Assembly: GCF_963921235.1 (NCBI RefSeq)
Contig: NC_086097.1
Span: 46,502,001 to 46,566,000 of the forward strand
Direction of reading: 5' to 3'
Length of the DNA stretch: 64,000 bases
From: Mobula hypostoma
Lineage: Eukaryota
Part shown: positions 51,415 to 64,000 of the stretch, piece by piece
Numbering within the stretch: the stretch's first letter is position 1
Layout: each line of letters starts with the position of its first letter
The notes under the pieces: model-generated
Database searches by the model: none
Seen by the model: the letters and a program-made list of their open reading frames with translations, nothing else
What the model was told of the DNA's origin: nothing
Translations under genes and position numbers: made by a program

Positions 51415-52270
51415 AGTCGTGGTAGCGTAGTGATCAGCTTGGGATGTTCCAGAGTTTAGAGCTCAGTTCCGGTGCCGTTATATCAGGAGACTCTGTACAT
51501 CCTACCCATGGAATGTCTCCAAGCACTCTTGTTTCCTCCCGCAGTCCAAAGATGTACCTCTGGGTAGGTTGTAACTTGTCCCATGATTAATCAGGTTTGC
51601 CAGGGGTTGCCAAGACAACATGGCTTGAAGGGCCAGAAGGGCCCACGCCATGCAGCATTCCTAAATAAAATAAAATTCCCAGTGATATCCACAGCCTAAA
51701 GAAAAGTGCTGTAGCCTCAATGCTGCAGTTTTGGGTTTGTCTGGAAAAGCCATTGTTCACACAGACTGTGTTGTGGGCTAACTTGATGATCTTTGAAGTT
51801 TAGGTTCTAAATATTAGACTTACTACATGAGATGAACATTTTGAATTTCAGACCTAATATAGCAGCATGAAGTGCTCTTCTGGTCTCTTATTGCGGAGAC
51901 CAGAGGGAAATCAACGACAAAAGCATCTGCCAGAACAGAACCATTAGCAAAAGGGTACTCCTCACCAGCTGCACGGGAGCAGGCCAATCCACGAAGAGGG
52001 GGCACTTACAGAATTGAGCGCCACGGAGGCATAGTGGTTAGTGCGACACCTTTAGCTCAGGGTGTCAGAGTTCAGAGTCCAATCCTCGTGTCCTCTGTAT
52101 GGAGTCTGTACATCCTCCTCCTGGAAAACATGTGTTTTCTCCAGGTGTTTTGGTTCCCTACTAGGTTAATTGATCGTTATAAATTGTCCTGTGAGTAGGC
52201 TAGGTTTAAATGGGGGGGGGTGGGATTCTGGGCCCTGTGGCTATTCCACACTGTCTCTCCAAATAAATAA
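51415..52270 (+). mobile_element. Two degraded SINE copies (~51415-51675 and ~52018-52270)
   Basis: Heads 'ggtagcgtagtg' / 'ggcatagtggttag', core 'gtttcctcccgcagtccaaagatgtac', tails 'taaataaaataaaa' / 'aaataaataa'. Confidence 0.6.
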
Positions 52271-55200
52271 GTAAGTCCATATCACTGTTTTCTGTATATT
52301 ACAGGGCTGTAAAGAAATAGCACGTTTATTTTGCATGTTAGCTTACCGGTGTTTCGGGATTTCAGGCTCCTGTTCAGGTGTCTGAAGCTCTTTGATCCTG
52401 TAGAAGGCGGCCATCTGTCTGCTGGAATTGGTGGCCAAAATTTACTGGCAATTGTCAAATTCAGCACTGCCCTTTCCCCTACCTTGACATCCGTGCGGTG
52501 CTGGAGACATCTGCAAGAAGATTTTCGAGAATGAATGCTGTTGATTAATGTGTGGCTGCCAGGCAGGTTTTGTGAAACTCTGTCAGTACATTCATTGGAC
52601 ATTTGGATGTTAAACCCACTTTTCACACACATTACCCATTACAAATCAAACATGCATCTCCCATTAGCTGACTTTAAGTCATATCTTCGCACTCAGCACA
52701 TATGGAAAGGTCTTTTGGTAGCTACATACCACAAATGCAAAGATGAGATAATGGTGGAAATAAATTAATTTATATAGATCAAATTATTAGAAAAAAACAT
52801 AACACTCAAACATTTTTAAAGGAATATACAGGATTTGAAAAGGTATGATTGCTGGAACCTTTATTTACAGGTTAAGTGGGGTGGAATTATTTTTCCAAAA
52901 AAAGTATCTTTACTCATTTGATTTAGGTTATTCTTTGTCTCTTTTATCGTTTCACTCATTCTTTGACAAAAAAAAAATCCCATTAAAAATTGCCATACTC
53001 ATGACCCAAGCCAGGATTGTTGATAACCAGTTGTTAAGAGCTGCATCTTCAAACACTTTTGTTTCATCACTGTGCTTATTGGTAAGTCATGATCATAACA
53101 CTGCCAGTGCATCAGCAAGTGAGTATGGGTTACAATGTCAGGATTTTCCAGTTTAACACTCCCATGTGTGTACGACCGACTCCATAATAATGACGAGCCA
53201 TGTTCACCTCATTACTGTGTTCTATAGGCCAACAGCTCTATATATTTAGTATTTAATGTTCAACACTGAGACTGTTTAAATTAGGAATGTGAACGATTTT
53301 TTCATGTGAGCACTTACGATGTAATTCTCAGTTTACTAAGGTTAGCATATGTCATTGACTTCTATCACATCATGCAAGTCTTCATAATGATTATGAGAAA
53401 AAAGGGTAAACATTGTAGGGCCAGGATCTCTACCCATGCAGTAGAATTAATTGAAATATCTTCTAAGTAGCGCAGACAGATAATTTCAGAATTTTGATCA
53501 ATCAGAATCATTTTTATGTGAGGGGAGAAATAATTAATGAGTTAATTAGTTGCTGTTTTTCTTTTCTGCAGTTGTTTCTTCTGATAAGCATCTGCACTGA
53601 AGCACTGGCAGTATAAACTATTCTATTTCTTCTGATTCAAGTCAATTTTCTAAGCCTTTCAACTACTATCAGAGCACTGGAAACCACCCATCTTCAAGTC
53701 AGAATTAATTTCATTGTGAGAAGAGAATCACAATGGAACAATCAGGCAAGTATTTAATTTATTAAGGAAGGGTGCACACAAGCTTACTGAGGTCGCATGA
53801 TTTATAAATGGGAGAAGAAACATTGCCCGTAATTTATAACTTATTGTCTCTTCTTCCCTGCTAATGGTTTCAGGGGTGGTTTAGTTTCATTCTGTCTTTA
53901 ACTGTGAAGGCCTTGACATTAGGCTGCACAAGTATTAGCTGACAAAGCTTAAATGGTTTTCAATGAAACTTGTTTATACTTAAAAAGGAACAATACCTGT
54001 AACGCTATTTAAAAGACAAAACAAATATCATTTTGTGAAGTATTTCCACAACATAATTATTTTCCTTTTGTTTTTATTCTACATTATTCAAATCTGTATG
54101 ACTTTCTGATAACTGAGCTTTAAAGAGACTTATAATAAACAATTTTCTTTCTTACGTTTACACTCATTTGTCATTGTATGGGAAGAGAAGAAAATTCCCC
54201 AGACACCGTTTTATAGATTTTGCAAGGAACACCTTATAATGTTGAGGAAATTTAAAACCCCAGAGAATGAAGGCCTTTGTGAAAAAGTGATTGTATTTGG
54301 GGATAATGACAATCATGTGATTGAATTCTCAACCATTTTGGTTTGAGCTGGAAATTAAAAGTGACTGTGAATGAGCAGAATCGAGTAGTTTCAGAGCATA
54401 GACCAGTGACAGCAGCTATGCCACCAGTGATATGGAAAACCACAGCTTCAGGACTTAGGCGCTTTGCACAGCTGGAGTTAAGGGCATGGTCTTGTTTACG
54501 CTCTTGAGAGTCAGGCCTTCTTGGTACCATATTTTTGACCTCTCTCTTCCTGCTCATGCAGTTCTGGAAGCCCTGCAGACCACCACTAGGGCTCCCAATA
54601 CATGTAACCCTGGACACAAAATCACTCTTTGTTTAGCCTGTAAAGTCCAACTAATTCTTTCCAGTGCAATTCCCTATACACCGGTAAGAACTTAATGGTC
54701 CCTTTAACTACTGTAGGTGTAAGTCCTGTTGCCATTGTTAAGGTCTTCCTTGCTGTGTGGTGTACATCAAGGACATTAAATATATATCTGTGTATCGATT
54801 TCACCAGGGAGAGGGGATGTCCATTTGATATTGCACGTGTAACAATGTCAGCTGAGTGAGCTCCACATGCTGCGTACAACAATAGATTCCAAATCGGAAA
54901 GCCTATTAAGTTTACGGTAAGATCCCAATGATGTTTCAGGGTTGGTGTTTACACTGCAGATCAGTCATGCAATGCATAAAAACATGCGTCATTAAATTTC
55001 TAAGCCATTATGTTTTCTGAACTCCCATTCAAAAAAGTGAGTCATACTATGGGCAACTAATCTGAGGACAGTTTGTACTTATTGTAGAAAAGTGGTCAAT
55101 GCCTAATTTAGAGGAGACGATGGTAAATGCCCACACAATGAGGTTCTGCTGCCAGCTTTAAGATGACTTGTCCTAGAATCTCTGAGACCGATGCATTGGC

Positions 55201-55719
55201 CCTTACTTCACAAGCAACATTAATCTATTAATCCAAATCCCACCGGCATTGTTGACCTGTCGCTACTCGCAGGCTTGCACTGCTTCCCTCCTGTGAGACC
55301 TTGCACTTCCTTTAGCAATCTAGCACAGAGCCTCAGAAGTCAGCATTTGTGAGGCAGAGACAGGAGAATTGTGACAAAGTGGGGTATCTGGCAGAGTAGA
55401 AAACGAAGTGGGAGGTCACAGGCGTACTCAATTGTGTCCTGTTAAACAAGGCCGTGTTTGGTGGTAATGTTTAATCAAGTTGCAGCGTAACTCATGAAAC
55501 CAGTCAGTTTAAAACTAAGTTAGTGTACTCGCTCCTCAGAAAAACAAACACCAAAACAGAACCCATATGATTCCCGATGGAACCTCACCCATTTTCACGC
55601 ATCCTCCTGCGCTGTGATGCACTGCATTCAGGTAAAGACATTATCCTTCAAAGGCACACTCTCCATGCACCTTGGCTGGAAAGAGGAGACAGAGCTTGCA
55701 GGGGTGAGGGAGACAACAC

Positions 55720-55885
55720 ATCCATTTGAAGGGCCATGCAAGTGCTGGCCCATGAGATCCATGCCAGAAGTTCCTGTACATGGGGGAGTCAGGAGATTCA
55801 CCAGGCCAACCACAAGAAGAGCCTGGGAAGAGATGGTTCCGAGATCTTCTCCAGGAGTAACGTTCACACACAATGGAGAAACTCC
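55720..55885 (+). pseudogene. Frameshifted Myb/SANT-like DNA-binding domain (Harbinger-type accessory ORF remnant)
   Basis: Joining frames gives 'QVLAHEIHAR / FLY / GVRRFTRPTTRRAWEEMV / EIFSRSNVHTQWRN', resembling the Myb/SANT-like pattern L..EV..R...L......AW..IA..V.......RT..Q; recognised by eye only. Confidence 0.5.
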
Positions 55886-58800
55886 ATTATCTAACAATAT
55901 TTTTCAAGTTCAAATGAAAGACCATTGACCTTAAATTTTTCCCTCCACAGAGAGGGCCTGAGCGTTTCCAACATTTTGGTATTCCTACATCTGGTTTCCT
56001 GCATGAGCAATCTTGTTGTACCTGCACTCATGACGTGGCAGTGAAGACAGGGAGGAACTCTCATTGCCCAGCTCCCGTCCCTCTGGGCAGTACCAGCCAA
56101 TGCTCCAGCTGACTGGGCCTTCTGTAAAGGAAGGAGTTATGTGCTTGCCAGAAAGACAGCACACACTTTAAGGAAATTCCTCTCCTGATCCATACCCAGG
56201 AGAGGGAACCTTTCCTGCCCATCAGTGGTCTCACATGGTGCAGTCAATGGCTGCCTACTTGAGTGCCTAAGAAGACACCTGTCCTTCTCTGGATTCAAAG
56301 TAGAAAAGATCATTTCTTCGCAAGAGACTACTGGGTGATAGCTCTGATGCAGGTAATTGAGAAGCACACCGGAGATCAGCGGTGCCCACTTGGAAGAATT
56401 CTGTGATGAGGATGTTGAGTCAATGTTCTGACTTCCATGGAGAAAATGATCCAGACTCTAGTAGGGTATGGCCGGATGTCTTTGTGCTGCATTTCCTGTG
56501 TCTCAGCAATGATGTCCTTGAAAGGACTGTGCCTACAAACACAATGTTTGCATTCTTGTGTCTGCACTCAGACTGTAGCTATGGAAGCAGTAAGGAACAC
56601 TTACCTCCCAGAAAACATCTGTGCAGGTAACGGGTGGCATGACACAGTGGCGATAGGCTGTCCATTGATGGTCATGACCTGGGGAGAGGCCCCCAACCCG
56701 CCCTGAGTAGCAGGCCATGGCCATCAGAGCAGCTGCAATAACCTGCATCACCACCGAAACATCCAATGAGTATCTCAGCAGTGGGACATAACACCTTCTG
56801 CACTCTGTTGGTGTCAGGTAACCCACGGTCAGTTTTGAAACTGCCCAGTTAGGTCTCCCAATGTCAACAGAGAGCTTCCATAAATATTGAGGAAAGCAAC
56901 AAGCTGATTGGATGTTTTTCCTGGTTCTCCTGAGGTGCTTCAGTGACAATGATGGTGTAGAACTTTCTGCTCCATTTAGAGGCAGTACAGGTAGAAATAA
57001 TACTCACTCAAAATCAATGTCAACCGTGCATTTGACAAAGGGACATTACACGTGCAGTAAAATGAATATTGTAATACACAAAAGTACCACATCCTAGCTT
57101 GTGTTTCACCCAGAAATGCCCTGCGTAAACTACAGTGGCAAGCTCAAAGCCGATGTGCAGCAGTCCAATGTCCAGTCCTCAGTCAATGGTTTGATTACAG
57201 AATGCTTTCCACATGACAGAAGGCAGAAGTCATTATGAATGAAAACAAGTTTTACTTCTTGATGCTTGTCAGAGGCAAGGAAGAGCGCAATTAATTTTAG
57301 TAACAAAGAGCCAGTATAGACAACAGAGGGAAAATGTCCTTCTGTTGTTTCCCCAATGCACAATGTGGCAAAACATGACAAGTACTTAATCAGCCACAAA
57401 ACACACTGGGACATCTGAGGTCATGGAAGTCACTACACAAATGCTCATACAAAGTTTCCTAAAGACTTTTTAAACTTGTAAAGATATAAAGTTAAATAGC
57501 GGGGCAAGGCTGCAGAAGACTTTGGGGCAGAGGAATAAGATTTTAAGTTTACGACACTGGGGAATTTGAAGCCAAGGTAAGGCAGCAAGGGCAGGATTGA
57601 TTGGACCCTGGATTAAACTCTGGCTCAGAGCCCAGGTGTAATTTAGCCACTTGTGTAAATTCACTCATTGTGAATATTTTTAGAACTGAAGTGCTGGGGT
57701 GGGAAGAGAGGGAAGAGAAAGGTGATGAATCTGTAGTCCCTATGTGAATAATTAGGCTGCAGGCAAAACAAGCACATTTACCAACAGTAATCTTATCAGA
57801 TTAGTAGCTCCTTTATAATTATTATAACTTTTTAAAAATAATTACTTTTTCTTTATCAAACCTTCCCTGACTCTGCTTATTTTAATTAAGGACCTCAACT
57901 CAAATTACTTAATTAATAACTTAACAGAGTTTACAAGAATAATGGATATATTTTAAAAATTACTGTAGATGAGAAGTAAAACATGATCAGGGTCATTTCT
58001 AATATGTTGTTGATATTCCTTAATGAACTATACTTCCAAACTGACATTTTAATAAATAACTGTTTGGTGCATTGCCTGATTGATTTTTTTTAAACATAAC
58101 CCATAAATGGTTTTTGTGCTGAAGAGAGGGCAGGAAGTCCTTTTTTTCAGTTTGGGTCTCTAATTTAGTCATTCCTCAAAGTGAGCTCAGTGTCTCCATG
58201 GCACTGTCAATTAGGAGATTCACAGCCCAGGTAGTGAACCAGAATCCCCGAGCATCTTACCCATTGTGGTTCTGCGTACTCCTTGGCTGGGTTCGCAGCA
58301 GTTCTCATTTGCATGAACTGAACTGCCTGTTAAGTTGATTGAAAAGATAAAAACAGCATCACAACAATCGCATTCTGATTGGGAAGGGTTGCTGCTGTTT
58401 TCAGTGACATGACTCTCCAAATATCTTGCAGCAAAGTCACTTAAAGCTGCCATTTTGATCAGTAGCTTGAAATATGCACTGAAAAAAAAAATCGGCTTCA
58501 TGGATTCAAACAATAACAAATTGATGACTCGAGTGATATTACCAATTAGAGCCCATCAACAAGGACTAGTTTCTCTCATGATGCACTCTGTCAGACCCTA
58601 ATGAATTCACTAAATTACATTATGCAGATGTACTATAATCACTCACTCCTCAGCCTACCTTTAGCGCTACTGCACAATCGAGTGCATTTTCTGTGTGATG
58701 AGACTCCCAGCATACTTGCAGTCAGCTCTGATATAAATATTCGTCAGAAGGAGAGGTACAACAGCTGCAGCCAGTATATTTTTTGCTGGATGCCACAGTG

Positions 58801-59599
58801 GATTAGATTGGTTTGATTTACATCATTTCTCGAAGAGCACATTACTGCAATAGCATTGGAAAACAGGAGTGCATTTATGTGTATGTACACTATTTCAAAT
58901 CTGCCAGCTCAAAATACATGGCATGTGGAGAAATTGTGCCTGCATTTTCTCAGCATACATTTGTAGAAGCAAGGATTTGTGTAGGATGTGCAATTTGAGA
59001 AAATTGTTTCAGTAGAGCGAACGAGATTCCATCTGGAGAAGGGGAATGTATGCAATGACTTCAAGAGAAATATATTCTTTTCTTCTGTGCAGCTTCAAGG
59101 TTATTATAAAGACCTTGAAACCGTGCATGGTTTATTTATCTGCAGCTATGTGCTGGACTGAGCAAATGACTTCTTTCTACTTCAGAGAACATGTTTAACT
59201 ATATAGATAAAGGGCATCTGCTACTCAAGCCTGCAATCTCTGAAACTGATAGAATATTAACCAAATGTCATTATCTGTAGAAAGTATGAACTGGAGAATT
59301 CATTCCTCTGTAGAGACATAGCACACTATGTAATAAGGAGCCACAGAAACATTTTAATTGGTCAGCTGAGTACCATTTAGTCACTGACAGATAAGATTGG
59401 TTTCAAGATGATATTTAAAACAGACTATTTTTTACACCATTTCAAAGTAAGTGCTGACAAATCAAATCCCAGTTACAGGAAAATATAAGGTTCATTAGGT
59501 TGTCAACTATTCCATTAAGAATGTACGAAACAACATATATACACCAAAAATGGTTAATAATATTTTTCTGATTCTTAAGTAAAAAGCATAGAACATCAC

Positions 59600-59965
59600 A
59601 CCAGGCTTCAAAGCCTCCAGAACTTAGACAGATCCGATCTCATGAGAGAAATGAATCACAATCTGAAAATAAATAATAGTTGACCATTCAGGACAGAGAT
59701 AAGAAGGAAGTTCTACAAACGTATATATACAGGGTGGGGGGGGGGGCACGGTAAGTGAATTTTTCAAATTTGCTGCTCACGAGGGCTCAGCTCAGGCAAT
59801 TAAGTACATTCGAGACAAAGATCTACAGATATTTAAATAATAAAGAAATCAAAGGATATAGGATTACTGCAGGAAAATTGCACTGATATAAGAGATCAGC
59901 CATGATAATTTTTAATGTTAAAGCAGGCACAAGGGCCCAATTGGCTCCTGCATCTATTTCTCGTG
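59600..59965 (+). mobile_element. Old CR1 3' tail
   Basis: 'agatcagccatgata...aagcaggcacaagggcccaattggctcctgcatctatttc' matches the CR1 3' UTR seen at 960-1040. Confidence 0.6.
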
Positions 59966-60599
59966 TTCCGACATACCATCACACTTCATGATTCACTACC
60001 TGGCTAATTGACCTACTTGTGTCTATACGCTAGACACAAGGATATCAAGCTAAACAAACATATGTCAGAAGGACAAAATCCATTCTTAAAATCAGAATAG
60101 TTCAGGAGCCAATGCAGCACTACCTGCTGCCCGGTGTAATATTTTGTTGCTGTCTAAATTTTGCTACTTTTAAATTGAAATCAGAAATCTGTTTGCAATA
60201 TCAACTTCAGATCTGCTAGAATGTACCCGAAAATCAGTTTATGATGTTTAGCTAAGACTGCCTGGAATAGTGAGATTAATGCCCATAAAGCACCAATGTG
60301 ACAATGGGTTTCAGTAGTCAGGGTTAATTTCCTGCTCTATTATATTATGTTTTTATCTGACATCAGATACTGGACAACAATATTTTCTCTCAAGTAAACA
60401 CTGAAAACTCTGTTGTTATGTCACCATCATAAACCATACGCTAGTTATCAACTCCATCACTCTTCTTGGCTGTTTGAGAATCAATGAAACTCTTCACAAC
60501 CTCTAAGATAAGCATTAGAACTCCCCCTCAATACTCTTGATTACATATGCAGACCACTTACACCAATATATAGGTCCCATCTGTCATTTCTCTAGCTGA

Positions 60600-60830
60600 A
60601 ATGCTGCTGAATCCTTTGATAAGTATTAGTTATCCCAGTTCTCAACTATTCTAATTATTTCTTGACTGGCTTCCTACTTCATAAACTCAAACTCTTCCAG
60701 ATCAAGCTGTCCAAATCATAATACACACCAAACTCCAATAACCCATCACCACTGCACTAGCTGATTTACACTTGACCGTGCTCAAGCAAAGGCCAGATCT
60801 TAAATGCTTCATCCTTGTTTGTCCACATCT
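60600..60830 (+). mobile_element. L2-like LINE C-terminal fragment
   Basis: Piecewise 'LTGF...KLKLFQ...PITTALADLHLT' resembles the L2 motif LAGLP..KLQ.IQN...PITP.LA.LHWL. Confidence 0.5.
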
Positions 60831-61574
60831 TTGTCCCCCCATATCTCAGAACCTTCTTATGAACCTGCATTTCTTGAGACCTCTGCACACCTTCAATCAG
60901 AACATGATGCACAAAATAGAAAGTGCTGGAAGAATATTATTTATTGGCTTTGCTTTCTACAAATGCTGCTGAATGATAGAGTTCTTCCAGCATCTTATGC
61001 TTTTTCTTCCATATTTCAGCATGTACAGTTTTGTTATAGCCTCTTGAATTTAATTCTTCCAGTGTTGGCAGTTTTGGTTTCAGTGGACTGAGTCAACAGC
61101 TCCACAACCCCAATTCCTGAAGTGCTCCACTTCTCTGTCTTATTTAATCATCTTCTAAAGCTTATCTCTAAACAAGATTTTAGACCCTAACACAGCCTCT
61201 GAATATTCATTTTGGTGCCAAAATGAATTTCCACTCTAGTGAACTGTTTTGGGGTGGTACTGTACAAAACGGAAATAGAAGAATGAAATAATTTAAGAGA
61301 GAAAAAAAATGTGTATCTCAAGAAAAAGACCAATGAAAATGCAAGAGAGGTAAACGTGAAGAACACTGTAAAAAGAATTGAATGAAACAAAATGGAGACG
61401 GCGTGAAAATGAGGAACAAACTGAATTGTAAATATGAGAGCAAAGTAAAGCAGGAGGGGAATCTCTGAGTGAAAATAAAGCATCAAACTGCAATGGGGCA
61501 AGGAGGACATTGAACAGCTAATAATGGGGTTTTAAGAACCGCAGCAAAATGAATAAATTGCAGAGTGTACAGAA

Positions 61575-62090
61575 AATCTGAATCAGGTTTAATATCGCTG
61601 GCATACGTCAGGAAGTGTGTTGTCTTTGCGGCAGCAGTATAATGCAATACATAATAATAGAAACAACGTGGATTACATTAATCATATAATCATTAATTAT
61701 ATTAACTATAGATAGTTTAGAGTTAAGTTAAATAAATAGTGCAAAATCAGAAATAAAAAAGTAGTGAGGTAGTGTTCACAGGTTCAATGTCCATTCAGAA
61801 ATCAGATGGCAGATGGGAACGAGTTGTGAATTGTTGAGTGTGTGCTTTCACACTCCTGAACCTCCTTCCTGATGGTAACAATGAGAACAGGGCATGACCT
61901 GGGTAATGGGATGCTGCCTTTTTGAGGCATCACTCCTTGAAGATGTCCTCGATACTACGGAGGCTAGTGCTTATGATGCAGATGTCTGAGCTTACAACTC
62001 TCTGGAGCTTATTTTGATCCAGTGCAGTAGCACCTCCCACCATCCCCACATGCCAGACAGTGATGCAGTCATTTAAAATGCTTTCCACGG
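61575..62090 (-). mobile_element. Rex1/Babar-like LINE 3' end
   Basis: 'aatctgaatcaggtttaatatc' tail and 'cctccttcctgatggtaaca' (reverse of LLPSGRR); same 3' UTR family as 26922-27224. Confidence 0.75.
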
Positions 62091-63267
62091 AAAAACAGGA
62101 ATTCCCAAAATGAGGGAAAATAGTACGGAAATAGGGAATATGTTATGGAAATACTGAAAAAAATTGCAAGTGTTTGGAATTCTTCTTAAGTGGAAGAAGT
62201 CTTTGAGTATTTTAAGGCAGAGGAAGACACGTAAGTAGATAAGGAACAGAGATAGATTATTTGGGCAGAAGTGAATGCAGAGTTGAAGTTACAATCAGAT
62301 CACCATAATCTAATTAAGCAGGCTCAAAGGGCTAAGTGACCTATTTTGCACATGTTGAAGGAAGAAATTGTGAATAAAACTAATATTTTTCAGAATCTAA
62401 TGTGGCGAATAAAAAGGGAGAATCTATTAATGTCACTGACTGGAGTGAACGGAATCCTAACCTCAGAAATGTGGAGGCAGATGTGTTAAAAATGGCAGCT
62501 ATGAAATAGAAAAATGGCATTTTACTACTAAGTTTACTATTTGTGCAATCTAAGATAAACAAGTAATAATTACGCTGAGTTAACCAATGATTTAAAATCT
62601 GCAGTATTCTAAGGTTTTTACCTCTTAGAGAGAGAAAAGATCAAGACGGTAACTCTAAAGAGATGGGCCAGAATTCCACAAATGCCACATTGATGATGGT
62701 ATGTGACATAAAACATTCAAAACAAAATACATGATAACTCTTATCAATGTAACTGCAATTCACAACATAAATGACTTTCAAAAATTGGAAAAATGCATCC
62801 TCTCTGCTTATCTCTCAACTGTAAACAGGAGGATCATAAATCTAAAAGTAGTTGGCACTAACACTACTAATCAGCAATATACATTTAGGACAACTTAATC
62901 TTGCCAAAAGATCCATAAAGACCTTGTAAAAGATATGTGGTCACCACTGGAAAATTTATCTTTCATACTCTGCCAAAGATTTACAAGACAACTGGTTAAT
63001 GAGTGCAGGATGTAGGATTGACCTTGTTTTTCTCATCACATTTTAATTCCTTGGCTATATATACCCAGTTTACAGCCGGACACCCATACAACATTCATAT
63101 ATTCTTTAGACCTCATGTGGCAATGTGAAATGGGTCAAACAAAGAAAAATAATGCAAGTACGAAAATGTCAAAGTGAGTGAATATTGTTAAATAATGTAT
63201 AAATGACTATGCTTATAAAACTAAAGTAGATAATGCATCAGTTCTAATCATTAGAACTCCATCGATG

Positions 63268-64000
63268 TGTAATGGCCTGGTTAAGATTTCTACTGCTGTG
63301 CTGTGAGGTGTTTCATTTTAGTAGTTTTCTGTAAAGCTGTGCTTCCCGCTGGTTTGATTTCGGCTAAAGAACTTGGGAACGTTGTGTCAACCAATCAAGA
63401 TGGTGAGATCAGGAGAAGGTTCTAAAGGGAGCTGGGTGGAGAGAGATTTGTGATGGACAGTGCGGGGGGGGGTGTGCACGTTGGGGGTACGTGGTCTTTT
63501 GGCGGGAGATGCAGAGAAGAGAAAATCGGTAAGACGCCCGAAGGATTTGACTGGACAGGATAACGCGATTGCAAGGAGTACTTCACAAAACGAAGGAGTC
63601 TAAGGTGGGAAGTTCTACCGGTGATTGGTGGTGAGAGTTCAACGCCGTGAGTAACGGTCATACCCAGCTTTTGGAAGAGATGAATTCCAACGGCCATGTG
63701 CACATCTAGATTGGTCTAACTGTAATGTGCCCTTTTATTTTTTTCTTTCTTTTCTTTCGCCAATAACTGTTTGATAAAGCTGAAATTGGTAATTATACTT
63801 TCATTATAATTTTGTGCTGGTGTATGATTTCTCATTTCTTGGTGACTGGTAATTCTGTGTGGGCAGCTTCCGCTCAAATTGAGGCTCCGTTAAAAGGAAC
63901 AACCCAACTTTGCTGTTTGGTTGAACCCCAAATCATACGGACCCTAGACGTATATTGTTGTAAAGGTGGCCGTGCACCGCTGAGTCACGTGGCTGCGGCA
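63268..64000. mobile_element. Probable LTR (retrotransposon/ERV-type), running off the window end
   Basis: Abrupt shift from AT-rich DNA to a CpG-richer block starting TGTAA, with a CCAAT motif near 63391; the 3' CA end and TSD cannot be checked. Confidence 0.4.

Noticed and set aside
54252..54882. Harbinger transposase N-terminus divergent from the Myb fossil
   Set aside because: Only faint resemblances ('CAKRLSPEAV', 'SIHRYIFNVLD'); no GAID, NRK, HD or GDxGY catalytic motifs found.
63240..63258. Short perfect inverted repeats AGTTCTAAT-C-ATTAGAACT and TCTGGTCTC/GAGACCAGA (51879-51904)
   Set aside because: Isolated 9-bp stems are expected by chance in 64 kb; no ribozyme core or other support.
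1..64000. LINE strand bias indicating host-gene orientation; CRISPR arrays, operons or other prokaryotic systems
   Set aside because: Plus- and minus-strand copies are roughly balanced overall; there are no regularly spaced repeats or long intact ORFs, and the sequence is clearly eukaryotic.

Overview
Eukaryotic, repeat-rich vertebrate DNA with no recognisable intact host protein-coding gene, rRNA, tRNA gene or CRISPR array. The repeat mix resembles cartilaginous-fish (ray/shark) genomes; this is inference from family recognition, not a database hit. Roughly half the window is decayed, often nested retroelements: CR1-clade LINEs (one near-full-length copy at about 28.6-36.1 kb split by three later insertions), many Rex1/Babar-type RT fragments, RTE, Nimb/I, L2, Penelope-like (PLE) GIY-YIG elements, tRNA-derived SINEs and a probable LTR at the right edge. 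Two PIF/Harbinger MITEs have clean TIRs and 3-bp TSDs. Most ORFs in the track are retroelement debris or their antisense shadows. The most interesting observations are: (1) a series of PLE-associated minimal hammerhead ribozyme motifs, one with an intact catalytic core inside a ~130-bp insertion flanked by a 12-bp direct repeat; (2) a frameshifted Myb/SANT-like (Harbinger DNA-binding ORF-type) fossil at about 55.7 kb; (3) a ~90-nt G:U-rich hairpin in unique DNA at 11.5 kb; (4) exon-like minus-strand segments at 51.8-58.5 kb. I cannot show a genuinely new biological system from the sequence alone. Boundaries of degraded repeats are approximate; TIR, TSD and motif coordinates were counted directly.
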